Below are positions 29,332-42,719 of a stretch of 64,000 nt of DNA, piece by piece. The stretch's first letter is position 1. Every line of letters begins with the position of its first letter. The DNA is taken from the NCBI RefSeq assembly GCF_009914755.1, contig NC_060932.1. The stretch is one strand, 5' to 3'. Under the pieces are notes generated by a model that saw nothing but the letters and a program-made list of their open reading frames with translations, ran no database searches and had not been told where the DNA came from. Origin of the DNA: the human T2T-CHM13v2.0 reference genome, Homo sapiens. A program made the position numbers and the translations under genes.

Positions 29332-29863
29332 ATGGAAGGTCTATTTGCTCTTATGTTAGACATAATTCTAATATAACAGGTTAAAAAATAACTATTTGGA
29401 AGAGGGAAATATTGTTAGAGGCAGGTACAAAGATAGACTCAAGTTCAGAAAGATGGTAGTAAGACTGGAACAGAAAAACCCAAAGAACAGAAAGAAAAAC
29501 TTGAAGACTGGGACTAAATAGAGCAGGAACAGAGAGCCCCCAAGTGCGTCACCGTGTGAGAGCTCAGCCCAGTTGTCAAGAAGTCTGAGTCGTCAATCGG
29601 TGTGACTTAGGTTTAGAATGCTCAGTTTCATACAGCAAATCAGTATACAATGCAATAAGGGTAACAGAAGACATAGAAAAAAACTGCAAGGAACAGTTTC
29701 AGTGACTGGGCACTCCTCGCCCAGTGAGAGGCAGTTTGAGCTTTTGGGCTCTGGCCACAGACCCATCTGAATGCAAATCCTAGCTGACAGGGGGGTTACA
29801 GGAGCATAAGCAGGTTACTCAAACTTCCCAAGTCTCCATTTTCTCCTCTATAAAATCGGATTA

Positions 29864-30045
29864 GGCCAGGTGAGGTGGCTCATGCCTGTAATTACAGCAC
29901 TTTGGGAGGCCGAGGCAGGTGTATCACCTGAGTTCAGGTGCTTGAACCTGGGGGGCGGGGGTTGCAGTGAGCCGAGACCATGCCACTGCACTCCAGCCTG
30001 GGCACCATCTCGAAAAATAAATAAATAATAAATAAATAAATAAAT
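29864..30045 (+). mobile_element. Internally deleted Alu inside a MIR
   Basis: Left-arm start joins directly to right-arm tgcttgaacc; (TAAA)n tail. Confidence 0.85.
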
Positions 30046-30476
30046 AGGATGGGATTAAAGGGTTTGGGTGAGAATTATAAGAGATAATGCATTCAAATTG
30101 CTTAGCCTAAGCCAGGCATACATCGATCCCCATCTTTTAATTCCAGGTAAGCCAAAATGTAAGTGTGTGGCTGTGACCTCCACCACTGTGGGGCTCCCCA
30201 AGACCTGGGGTTTCCTCTTTCCTGTGATAGGTGTGGGACTGGGTCCCACATCTGGGTCCAGGGTTCTGGCTCTAGCCAGCAGTATGATGTTCTCTGTGCT
30301 TGCTGCAAAGTGTCTCCAGTGCCTCTGCCCCCAGTTCCGTAGCTGGGCAGCCCTGGCTATGTGGCTGCTCTGACCCCGCATCCCTGGTCACTCTGCTTGG
30401 GGGAAGGAGTAGTAAGCATGGCTACAGCACTAAGCCGCTCTTAGTGCCGCTTCCACCGATGCCTGGACACTGCCAC

Positions 30477-30676
30477 CAGGTGCTTGTCACAGGGTTCAAA
30501 GCCACTTAATGGAAAGGTAGCTTCTTAAAATGACAATGGATATTATAGTACATCTCTAGATCCAATAATTTCAGCTATTAAAATCCCATTCATAAAGTGA
30601 AGCCTGGGAGAAAATAAAAGCATTTAATAGAGATGCAGTCACGTAACTTATGTGTGAGAGAGACACTGAGCTTCTT
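30477..30676 (+). repeat. 200-bp dispersed direct repeat, copy 2
   Basis: Aligns to 29132-29331. Confidence 0.93.
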
Positions 30677-30924
30677 TCTGTTCAATCCCACCAGCAAGGA
30701 CCTTGCTGAGGCCCCACATTACAGAGTGGCCCACACTGGCAGTGTCCAGCAGAGGCTCGGCAAAGCCAGTGTCACAAGATCGAGCCCAGGCTCATGACAG
30801 CACTGACCTCAGGACCGGACCTCCCAGCCCAGGTGGCACCTGAAAGCCTGGGTCTGATCAGATTTCTTTCTGTGAAATCTTCAGTTTTAGTACCTTGTGG
30901 CTTTGATGACAGCTCAATGTTCTC

Positions 30925-31360
30925 ATGCTGGGCTGCAGAGTAGAACGCTGCTGTAACAAAGTACCACAAACAAGGTGCTTAAAACCACAAATTTATTCTA
31001 TCCCAGTTCTAGAGGCCAGGAGTCTGAAATCAAGATGTCGGCAGGGTCATGCTACCCCTGAAGGCTCTAGGGCAGAACTTTTCTTTGCCTTTTCTGGCTT
31101 CTGGGGCCTCCAGCCTTCCTTGTCTCGTGGCTACATCACTGTAATCTCTGCCTCTGTCTTCACACAGCCTCCTCCTCTTCTGTGTCTATGCCTTCTCCTC
31201 TTCTGTGTTTTGATAGGATTATGGGCCCACCCAGGTAATTCAGGATAATCTCATCTCAAGATCCTTAATAATATCCGCAAAGATCCTTTTTCCAAATAAG
31301 GTCACATGTGCAGATTCCAGGCCATGGACATATCTTTTAGGGGCCACCATTCAACTCACT
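30925..31360 (-). mobile_element. MLT1B/C LTR
   Basis: ctgctgtaacaaagtaccacaaac...gaggccaggagtctgaaatcaagatgtcggcaggg. Confidence 0.82.
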
Positions 31361-32264
31361 TCGTATTCCACTGAATGTGGAGGATGGCTCTAAAGCCCCC
31401 GGTTTTGAATAATTTCCCTAGGCTCATGTAGTGAGCTATTCCAGGGGTCTACTCACCCTGGCCCTGTCCTGCCTCCCTCCTTCCCACTCCCCTGACCACT
31501 CAGGTCATTTTCATGCATGCTGAGCACTGACTGAGGAGATCTTCAGCATCTCGAGGCCTGCCCACGGGGGTGCTCTGCTGCCCACCCCATGCCAATTTTC
31601 CCAGACCAGTGGACTGTGAGTCCCCAGGAGTACCTGGCCCCCTCAATCTGCTCTCTATGAACCCGTCTGAGGCCTGAGGGCTCTGCCTTGGAAGTCAACC
31701 TCACACCATGAGGATCCAACTGCAGCCTCACTGGGGCTCTGAGATTCAACCAGCTCCACCAGTTTCAGTCCTTTTGAAAGTTCTTGACACCTAAGGTATA
31801 CCCCTCACACATGTGCGTATACACACACACACTCACATACACATGCCCCTCAGTGCCTCTCCAGGTGGACAGCAGCACCCTTTGCCCTACAGGTATTCTG
31901 AAAAGATTACATTAGATTGAACTTTTAGAACTTAGCTCCTATTTTCCTATGAAGTTTCAATAGGTTAGAGATGACCTACTTTTCTTTTTTCATTACTTTC
32001 CTCATAATTTAAATGTTTTTGTGCAACCCTAAGCTGCAATTTGTAAATATTAAAGTGACCAACTACGATTAAAGGAAGCCTTATTAGAGAGTCAAGCGAT
32101 TACTGGACCCCTTGCTTATTTATCTGTTTTACAGTATTGCCTATGAGCAGGGTTGCCTGCCTTCTAAGTATAAAAGAATGCTGGTTTTATTTTATCACGA
32201 GTAGTACACAGCGTCTAGAGGAAGCCAGTAAATACCCATATTTTGAATTTTCATTTTTAGCTAA

Positions 32265-32278
32265 GTTGCTATGGAAAC
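32265..32278. promoter_or_regulatory. RFX X-box motif
   Basis: GTTGCTATGGAAAC matches the palindromic RFX consensus. Confidence 0.5.
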
Positions 32279-32943
32279 TCCTCCTCTCCCCATTGCCCCC
32301 TCCTGGCTCCATCCCTCCCCTCGCCTGGGGTCCCCAAAGCACATCAGGTATGGGGAGCACTGAAACCCCAGCACTACCACTAGGGCTCTGTGACCTTGGA
32401 CCAGACACACAGGACCAACTAACCCCTCAGGCACAGGAGGAACCATGCCTAGGGCCCACCATACTCTTAGAAGCCCATAAAAATGTTATTTTTTTAATTA
32501 CAAAATATATATATATATAACTTTATGTCGAAGAAAATGTTTTAATACATATCAATGTATTTGTCTTTATACGAATGCAGTCATAAAATAGAATATTGTT
32601 AATATTTTTGATGGAGGAAGGGGCCCAGGAAGATCAGAATGCACGTAGACACACCTTCTTTCTGAGCCTGGTTCCTCAGGGGGATGATGAGTGTGATTGT
32701 TTTTAGTCCCTGAGGCTGTTGTAAGGATCCAAGGAGCAAAAAATTGGATGCACAGTAGGTGTTCAATAAATGCTGCTTCTCTCATATCCTCTGTCCCTTT
32801 CTGAGCTCCAAAGAGACACTCTCAGGCCCCACCCTATGAGTTAGGCATTCTTTCCATTTAAGGGATGAAGAAGCTGAGGCTGTGAGAGAGAAAGGCCAGA
32901 TTCATCCCTCTGTATTCTACCCTGTCAGACATGGAGGCCGTTA

Positions 32944-33322
<379 letters not shown>

Positions 33323-33385
33323 TCAAGGTTGCAGTGAGTCGTGAACATGCATTGTGCTCTAGCCTGGGTGAGAGAGTGAGACCCT

Positions 33386-33542
33386 GGAAGGAAGGAAGGA
33401 AGGAAGGAAGGAAGGAAGGAAGGAAGGAAAGAAAGGAAGGGAGGGAAAGAAAGAGAAAGAAAGGAAAGAAAAGAAGAAAGAAAAAGAAAAGAAAGAAAGA
33501 AAGAAAAAGAAAGAAAGGGAAAGAAAGGAAGGAGAAAAGAAA
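33386..33542 (+). repeat. (GGAA)11 plus GA-rich purine tract
   Basis: 11 contiguous GGAA units at 33386-33429, then (GAAA)-like repeats. Confidence 0.92.
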
Positions 33543-34739
33543 TATTTTGTACCCCTTCCTCCCCCATTTTACTAGGCTGAAACAAAATTAATGAATAATA
33601 ACCTAACTATATGCCTAATTTCAAAAAATCAACACAATGCCTTAGAGAAGAAATAAAAAGATAGTAACTTACCGTAAAATAATACGTATTTCAGTAGACA
33701 GAGGTGGAGGCCCGATTTTGCTAGAAGCCAACAGGAAGTAGGCAAACACTTGGCCTCCTACATGGAACCCCACAAATGGAGCTGCTGCACATGTTAACCT
33801 CAAGTTTCTCTGACATAGTGAACAACTCCCAACAAAGCTCTGAATAAAACTAAGCCTAGTCTTTTCCCCAGTTTGCATAGTACTTGCATTGCTGAAAAAT
33901 TCAGTGTGAATTAAACTGAATATTTTGTTTACATACCAAACTGAATTAGCTTTTATGCTCAGAAGTTTATCAGCAGGTTGTTCATGTACATAAAATTTCA
34001 GTGAGACATTCCAAAGTCATGCAGAAGAAGAGACAGTTTCACCTGGCAGGACTGTCCTGCACATTGCAGGGTGTCCAGCAGCCCTGTCCCTGTGAAAAGC
34101 CAGTAGTGCTCAACATCATTAAGCCAGCCACGAGCAGCCCTGAAGAGCACTGTGGACAGAGCCCACAGGGAAGTAGGCCCTGGGAACACCCCTTCCTGTA
34201 CAGAGGATAGAGTGAGAAACTGTAGAGCTGCCCAAGGGGGCAGCTCTGAGGCTGCTATAAATGTCTCTAAATTTTTTTCTAAGCTGCATTTCTAAGACTA
34301 TTTCTTACCATTAAACCAACTACAGATCTTGATCCTCTGATGCAAATCTTGATGCCTATTAGCTGGTTGCACTGGTGAATGCTAAATGAGTTTTAGATTT
34401 TAATCCTGTGACATTCAGTCCTCTGAAGACCTGCTTGATACTGAGACCTTACATGCGGAAATTTACCTACATGCAAATGGACACATCTGCTGAGGCCGCA
34501 TGCAAAGCAACTCTTCAGACACTCAGAATCAGCAGATCCTTGCCCTGGGGAAATGCTGTCCCAGCGCTCTCTAAGCCAAGGCGTCTTCTGGTACTTTCTC
34601 GGGAGATCCCTGGTTTGTTTATTGTGCTTTCCTATGTGCAAATCACATTTGCATAGCTGATTAGCTACATTTCCAGTGGGCTTGTATTCCTCTGGGGTTT
34701 TGAAGAGCCCTTAGAATTTGTCCTCTTTGGAGCATGATT

Positions 34740-35150
34740 TTCAGGCCACGAGCAACCGGGAGCTCCCAAACTTGCCACTAGGGGACTGCTTTTCACCGGC
34801 CCTGCTGAGCGGCAGGTGCCGGAAGTTGTGTCTGGGGAGGCGCTGGCTCCTTCCTGCTGGGATTTGTATCAGGGCAATCAAGGTCTTTCCTGCCCTGGCC
34901 CTGCCACGCTCTGGACTCCCACTCCCTTCTGTACATTGCCTCCTAGCAGCCTATCTACACAGACCTGAAAAATAAAAGGCAGTAAAAAACTCTTTGTTTT
35001 TGTTCACTCTCATCTTTCTGCTGCTTTCCTGTCTGACTGAAGCTTTCTCCTGCTTCCAGGCCTCAGAGAAGCCGTGCTGGCCCCAACCAGGTAATACTCT
35101 ATCCTATAGAGCAGCATTTAATACACAGCCGGAAGTGGGATCGGGTCTCC
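34740..35150. promoter_or_regulatory. Candidate promoter/enhancer with two ETS motifs
   Basis: GC/CpG-enriched unique patch; CCGGAAGT at 34819-34826 and 35129-35136. Confidence 0.45.
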
Positions 35151-35629
35151 ACTTCTGGCTGCCTTCCTTTGGGATCAGGATTAGCAGCTGCTCACAAGTG
35201 GTCCCTTAGCATCCTGGGCATGAGGTCCACCGATGCACTTACTTTGCTCCACCATAGTGGTGCCTTTGTTACTGGCAAGGCTAGGAGCTTCTGGAGAATG
35301 AGACCATGCATTTGTTTGTTTTTCTAGTTTTGTGGCTCCTATCTTTAGCAAATCACTGCACAGGTAATATGCACTCAACTACAGTTGATTGAATTAATAA
35401 ATTACCACTTTCAGAGCTAAAAGAAAGATCACTTACTCTACGGATCATCACGGGCCCAGAGAAGCACAATAGCGTGGCTAAACTAAAACAGCAAGTTGTG
35501 GTTAGGACTAAATCAAGTTTCAAACCCTTGGTTTTTAAAAATCTAGCCCTATGCACAAGAACATTTTTTTCCCCATGAGAAACACTGCAATCCGGTAAGA
35601 ACTGGTGCTCCAATGATGTTGCAGCCAAG

Positions 35630-36047
35630 TGATACAGTTTCGATATGCGTCCCCACTCCTCATCTCATACTGAAATGTAATCTCCAGTGTTGGAGGTGGG
35701 GTTCGGTGCGAGGTGATTGGATCATGCGGGCGGATTTCTCATGAAAAATTTATCACCATCCGCCTTGGTGCTATCCTCTCAATAGTGAGCGAGTTCTCTT
35801 GAGATCTGGTCTTTTAAAAGTGTGTAGCGCCTCCGGCCTTGCTTTCCTGCTCCCGCTTTCGCCATGTGAAGTGCCTGCTTCCGCTTTTGTCTTCTGCCAT
35901 GAAAAAGCTCCATGAGGCCTCCCAAGAAGCAGATGCCACCATGCTTCCTGTACAGGCTACAGAACCATGAGCCAACTAAACCTCTTTACTTATAAATTAA
36001 CCAGTCTCAGGTATTTCTTTATAGCAATTCAAGAACAGACTAATACA
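35630..36047 (+). mobile_element. MSTA solo LTR
   Basis: tgatacagttt...gaggtgattggatcatg...ccagtctcaggtatttctttatagcaa...taataca; TSD ccaag/ccaac. Confidence 0.9.
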
Positions 36048-36129
36048 CCAACCCTCAGCAAAGGTTTACTGAATGAATCAATGAATTGACAGAACAATGA
36101 ATGAATAAATGACTTATCTCTTTGTATTA

Positions 36130-38615
36130 AACTCTTTAATGTGAAGTAGACACACACACAGAAAAGCACACGAGTTATAAGTAAATAGCACAAAATTCCC
36201 ACAAAATGAACACTCTTAAGTACCACAAAAAACTAACTACCAACCATGTCAATAAATGAAACAATACCAGCACCCCAAAGCCCACTTCATACCCTTGCCC
36301 AATTGCTGCCTATTTCATCCTCTCCACAAGCAACCACTTTCCCAACTTTTATCACCATAGATTTGTTTTGCCTGTTTTTGATCTTTATGTAAATGGCATA
36401 ATACAGTATGATTTCTTTATGTTTGCCTTTTTTTTTTTGGCTTAACATCGTGTTTAGGATATTCATGTATATTATAGTATATTAACTGTGATTTGTTCAT
36501 TTTCATTGCTAAGTAGAATTCTATTGTATGAGTACACCATGGTTTATCCATTCTTCTACTGATAGATATCTGGGTTCTTTCTGGTTTGGGGTTATTATAA
36601 ATAATACTGCCTGTGAACATTCTTGTCCAAAGATTTGGACATGAACATATAATTTGCACATGAACATATATTTCCCCCAAGAATATTCATGGGAATAGAT
36701 TTGCTGTCATAAGGTATGTATATGTCTAACTGTAGTAGATAATGCCAATCTATTTTCCAAAGTTGTTGTATCAGTTTGCATGCTCACCAGAAGTGTGTGA
36801 ACATTCCCATTGGGTCACATCTTCACCAGCATTTGGTATTGCCAGTCATTTTAACTTCAATGATTCGAAGGGGTGTGTAGTCATAACCGTTGTGGTTTAA
36901 CTGTTTTCCCTTGATTACTAATCAACCTGTTTACTGACCATTTGAATATCCTTATTTTTGGAAGTTCCTGTCCAAATCTCTTGCCTATTTTTCTATTGGG
37001 TTGTTTGTTTTTTGTTTTAATTGATTTATAGGAACTCTTTATATAATTTAGGCACTGTCTTTTTGTTGCTTACATATGTTGTATCTTTTGTTACTTAGTC
37101 ATTTGCCATTTTCACTCTTTTATGTTGTCTTTATAAAAAAAATTCACGTACAAAAATAGAAGAAAGTAGCATAACAAACCCACATATTCCTATCACCCAG
37201 TTTCAACTCAGGCCAATCTTATTATTAACCCATTTCCTACCCTCTTTACCATCCCCACTCCCACAACCACAAAATGTTTTGTAGCAAATCCTAGATACCA
37301 TATTCTTTCACATGTAAATATTTTAGTGTATACATCACAAGAATGTAAGGACTCTTAAAATATAACAACAATACCATTATCAAACCTAAAAGTATTAACA
37401 AGAATTCCGGCTGGGTGTGGTGGCTCACACCTGTAATCCCAGCACTTTGGGAGGCTGAGGAGGGTGGATCATCTGAGGTCAGGGGTTTGAGACCAGCCTG
37501 TCCAACATGGTGAAACCCCGTCTCTACTAAAAATACAAAAATTAGCCAGGTGGTGGTGGTGCATACCTGTAATTCCAGCTTCTTGGGAGGCTGAGGCATG
37601 AGAATCACTTGAGCTCAGGAGGTGGAGGTGCAGTGAGCTGGGATCGTGTCACTGCAGCCTGGGCGACAGAATAAGACTCTGTCTCAAAAAAAAAAAAAAA
37701 AAATCATAGTATCTATCAATGAATGCCAGTTCGTTTTCATATTTACTTGATCACAGTTTTTTTCCCTCTGTACATGATTATTTTGCTTCAGAATAAAGAA
37801 TTTTCCTTCCTTTTTTTATTGCACTGAATAGCTCTTCCAGTACAATGTTGAATAGAAGTGGTGAATGTGAGTAGCCTTTAGTATTCAGTTTTTATCTTCA
37901 CTACTGGTTTTTTAAAAAGTGATTGCTTTAGGACTTACAACATGTATCTTGAACTTTGTTCTCTGTGCTTTAGTTTGGATAAGTTTACATTTTTATGTCT
38001 TCAAGTTCAGGATATTTTCTTCTACAATTTCTAATATGTTATTAATCCCATCCAATAAAAGTTTCATTTTAGATACTGTATTTTTATTTCTAGAGTTTCC
38101 ATTTATTTTATAAATACCTTCCATTTTTTTCCTTATTATGTTATTCTTTATATCCTCAAGTATATAAAGCATATTTAAATAGCTATTTTAATATTCTTGT
38201 CTGCTAAATGTATCATCTCTCTCATTTCTGGGTTTGTTTCTATTCACTAGTTTACTTTTGATTGTGGGTCACATTGTTTGGCTTCTTTATAGGTCTACTA
38301 ATTTATTATTGGATGATGGATACTGTGAATCATGTTGTGGATAGATAGATATTGTTATTTAAAGAGTGCTGAGCTTTGCTAGGGCAGGCAGTTACATTCA
38401 TTGTGGATCTATTTGATATTTTAGTAAATTATGTTGAGCTCTGTTCTCGGGGATCAGTATCTAGAACAGTCTTCATAGCTATTTTAGCCCCACTTCTAAA
38501 GTAAGAATCTTCTTCAGTCTCTACAGAATGGTGCATATATTCAAGAAGGCTTTTCCACTCTGGTTGGCGAGAGCTTGAACATTCCCTGGCCCAAGGTGAG
38601 CTCTGGGAATTAGGC
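36130..38615 (-). mobile_element. Cluster of old L1M fragments
   Basis: ttttgcctgtttttgatctttatgtaaatggcataatacagtat and ccagtacaatgttgaatagaagtggtga; interrupted by an Alu. Confidence 0.7.
37409..37702 (+). mobile_element. AluSx-like
   Basis: Full dimer with poly(A). Confidence 0.93.
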
Positions 38616-39159
38616 AAGTTATTACAAATATTTTCACTTAGTACTTCTCTAATTTCCTGAGATAAGATAATTCAGGGAAAAGTAGAGTAAGTTTTCCAAA
38701 AACCAGAATTTCTTGTTAATGAGATTTAACAAAAAAATCTGAAAATTATCCCTCCTCCTTTCCTCTTATTTATCCTTCACATTTAGGCCTGTAGATTCTG
38801 TACCCTAATATTTTTCAGATGTATTTCCTCATCTCCATTCCCACCACCACTAACTTAGTTTGAACCCATAACTGCTGGTTTTAAACACTAGCTTCACCAC
38901 ATAATACGTTTGCGATCTTGGGTAAATTGATACATTTCCTGTGCCTCAGTTTCTTCATCTGTAAAATGGGGATCATACTAGTATATAATATAAAAAGGAT
39001 TATATTAGGCTCAAAGGTCTACACCTTGCTTTTTTTTCCCCCAAATACCCCAACTTCAAGGAGATGCACGTTGCTTTTTAAACTTAAAAAACTTGTTTTT
39101 GCTATTTTTACTGTATTTGTACAGATGTTGCACAGATCCACGTTATTTAACAAATGGGC

Positions 39160-39590
39160 TCTCTGTTCCTTTTTCCATCATCATGATGTGTGCTTAACTC
39201 CACTTCTTGTCATGTCTTCTCACAAGACTTTCAGGATTAAGCATTTCCTGGCCAAGTAACAATAGCAAAAAATCATCTCATTCCCCAGGGGATTTGGATG
39301 AAAACTGGTAATAAAATCAGGTACAACTCCAAAAGGAGGCATTGGAGAAGAAGCAAGCTGGGTCTATAAGGAATTGCACATGAGATGGCACACATTTATG
39401 CAGTGCCAAGGTCATGACTATCTTACCATAGCAAGCTGAAAATGTCACCACTATCTGGACAGTTGGACATGTTTTATTGGGAATATATTTTTTCTCTTTT
39501 TTCTTTGTGTATGTGTTGTGTGTGTGCTGGTAGGCTTGGTTTAGTAATAAATATGTGACACCTTTAGTTTCAAAAAAAAGAAAAGAAAAA
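39160..39590 (+). pseudogene. RPL39P: RPL39 processed pseudogene
   Basis: ATG at 39212 gives [17 protein letters not shown], then after a +2 frameshift [32 protein letters not shown] (TAA 39367-39369), matching RPL39. Also present: TOP-like 5' UTR, no introns, AATAAA at 39546, A-tail from 39572, and a degenerate TSD (aacaaatgggct / aagaagtggct). The specific pseudogene number is unknown. Confidence 0.95.
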
Positions 39591-40125
39591 GAAAGAAGTG
39601 GCTACACAGTATTCCATTGCATGCATAATTTATTTAACAGTCTCTTATTGAGAAGCATTTTAGGTTGCTGGCAAATTTTGGTATTATAAACAATGCAAGA
39701 AGTATTATAAATAGACTTTACTGTCCTTTTTCAAATATATTTTGTGTTAAATTTGTAGCAATATATTGCCAAATTAAAAGTCATGTGCATTTTAAATTTT
39801 GATCAAATTTTTCTCCGTAGAAGGGTACCAACTTACAATTTCAGCAACCACATGTGGGATAATCTGCATTTTGATCAACAATGCACACTATCAAACTTGA
39901 TTTTTGCAAATTAGATGGGTGTAACATTTTGGTCTTAATGTTTACTTTTACATTTTTAAAATTAGAAGTTGAGTGTTTTTATGTGCTTACGAGCCATTTG
40001 TATCTCCTTGCTCTTATTTTTAATTTGTTTTTCTACTGGACTGTTTTTCAGTTTTATAAGAAACTTTTAAAACTCTTTGTAAATTACAAAAGCTTATAAA
40101 TTAAGGAAATATATGTGTTGCATAA

Positions 40126-40468
<343 letters not shown>

Positions 40469-40621
40469 ATATAGTTTAACTATTTTTTAAGACTATTTTT
40501 GTAGAGAACGTTAAGGTTCACATCAAAATTGAGAGGAAAGTATAGAGATTTCTCATAAGACCCTTACCCCTACACATGCACAGCCTCCACCATTGTCAAC
40601 ATCCCACACCAGAGTGGTACA

Positions 40622-40950
<329 letters not shown>

Positions 40951-41295
40951 TGAACCTATATTGACATACTTATCACCCGAAGTCCAGAGTTTATCTTAAA
41001 GCTCACTCTAGGTGTTGTACATTCTATGGGTTTGGACAAATGTTCAATGGCATGTATCCACCATTACGGTACCACAGAGAGTTGTTTCACTGCCGTATAG
41101 ATCCTCTGTGCTCTGCCTCTTGCCCCTTCTCCCCACAACCTCCCAACCCCTGCTAACCACTGATCTTTTTACTGTCTTCATAGTTTGGCCTTTTCCAGAA
41201 TGTCATATCGTTGGAATAACGGAAGCTTTTTCAGATTGGCTTCTTTAACTTAGTAATACGCATTTAAGTTTCCTCCATATATTTTCATGGCTTGA

Positions 41296-41514
<219 letters not shown>

Positions 41515-41626
41515 TAGTGATAAATAATAGTCCATTGTCTGGATGTACTACAGTTTATCCATTTACCTATTAACATCTTGTTTGGGCAATTACAATTAAA
41601 GCTCCTATAAACGCCCATGTGCAGGT

Positions 41627-41806
41627 GTTGTTTTGTTTTTTTATTTTTATTTTTAGAGACAGGATCTCACTTTGTTGACCAGGCTGCTGTGCGGCGGCTC
41701 TTCACAGGTGTGATCAGAGCTATAGCCTCAAACTCCTGGGCTCAAATGATCCTCCTGCCTCAGCCTCTGAGTAGCTGGGGTTATGGCACGTGTCACCGTG
41801 ACTGGC
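41627..41806 (-). mobile_element. FAM monomer
   Basis: gcggctcttcacaggtgtgatc is the 7SL-type segment. Confidence 0.72.
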
Positions 41807-42312
41807 TTATATGCTACATTTTATGTGGATGTAAGTTTTCAGCTCCTCTGGGTAAATACCAAGGAGTGCAGTGGCTGGATTATATGGTAAGAGTACCTTT
41901 AGTTTTGTAAGAACCCCCCAAACTGTCTTCCAAACTGGTTGTATCATTTTGCATAATCAGTAGCAAGGAATAAGAGTTCCTGTTGCTCTACACCCTCATC
42001 AGCATTTGGTGTTGTCAGTGTTCTGGATTTGGGGCATTTTGTTGTACAAGTTATCAATACTTGCCTTATGGTTCCAGGTCTTGTATTTCACTATGCCACT
42101 CAGATTGTATTTTAGTTTTCACTTCTATGGTCTTTTTTTTTTTAATGTTGAAATCTCTGTCCTATTTGGGATTTATTTTTATATGAGGAGTAGGACAGGA
42201 ATCTAGCTTTATGTTTTTTCCAAGGAGCTGGTCAGTTTTCCCACAATTTCTTGAATAATCTAACTTGTCCAACTAGTTTGGAATGCTACTTTTATAAGAT
42301 AATAAATAAGCC

Positions 42313-42719
42313 AGATAGACTGGATTAAGAAAATGTGGCACATATACACCATGGAATACTATGCAACCATAAAAAATGATGAGTTCATGTCCTTTGTAGG
42401 GACATGAATGAAGCTGGAAACCATCATTCTCAGCAAACTATCGCAAGGACAAAAAACCAAACACTGCATGTTCTCACTCATAGGTGGGAATTGAACAATG
42501 AGAACACTTGGACACAGGCAGGGGAACATCACACATTGGGGCCTGTTGTGGGGTGGGGGAAGGGGGGAGGGATAGCATTAGGAGATATACCTAATGTAAA
42601 TGACGAGTTAATAGGTGCAGCACACCAACATGGCACATGTATACATATGTAACAAACCTGCACATTGTGCACAAGTACCCTAGAACTTAAAGTATAATAA
42701 AAATATGTATATATATAAG
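42313..42719 (+). mobile_element. L1PA (about PA4-6) 5'-truncated 3' end
   Basis: Canonical L1PA ORF2 end and 3' UTR with G-tract; 16-bp TSD aagataataaataagc (42296-42311 and 42720-42735). Confidence 0.95.

Noticed and set aside
30427-30447. 8-bp hairpin gcactaag/cttagtgc, and a similar one at ~13312-13343
   Set aside because: Short enough to be expected by chance in 64 kb.
34772-34787. CTCF-like CCACTAGGGGAC
   Set aside because: Mismatch in the highly conserved GGC of the core; too weak to call.
38918-39259. 113-aa ORF ending in [15 protein letters not shown]
   Set aside because: A chance frame through MIR and L1 sequence that runs into the RPL39 pseudogene and stops at its premature TAA.
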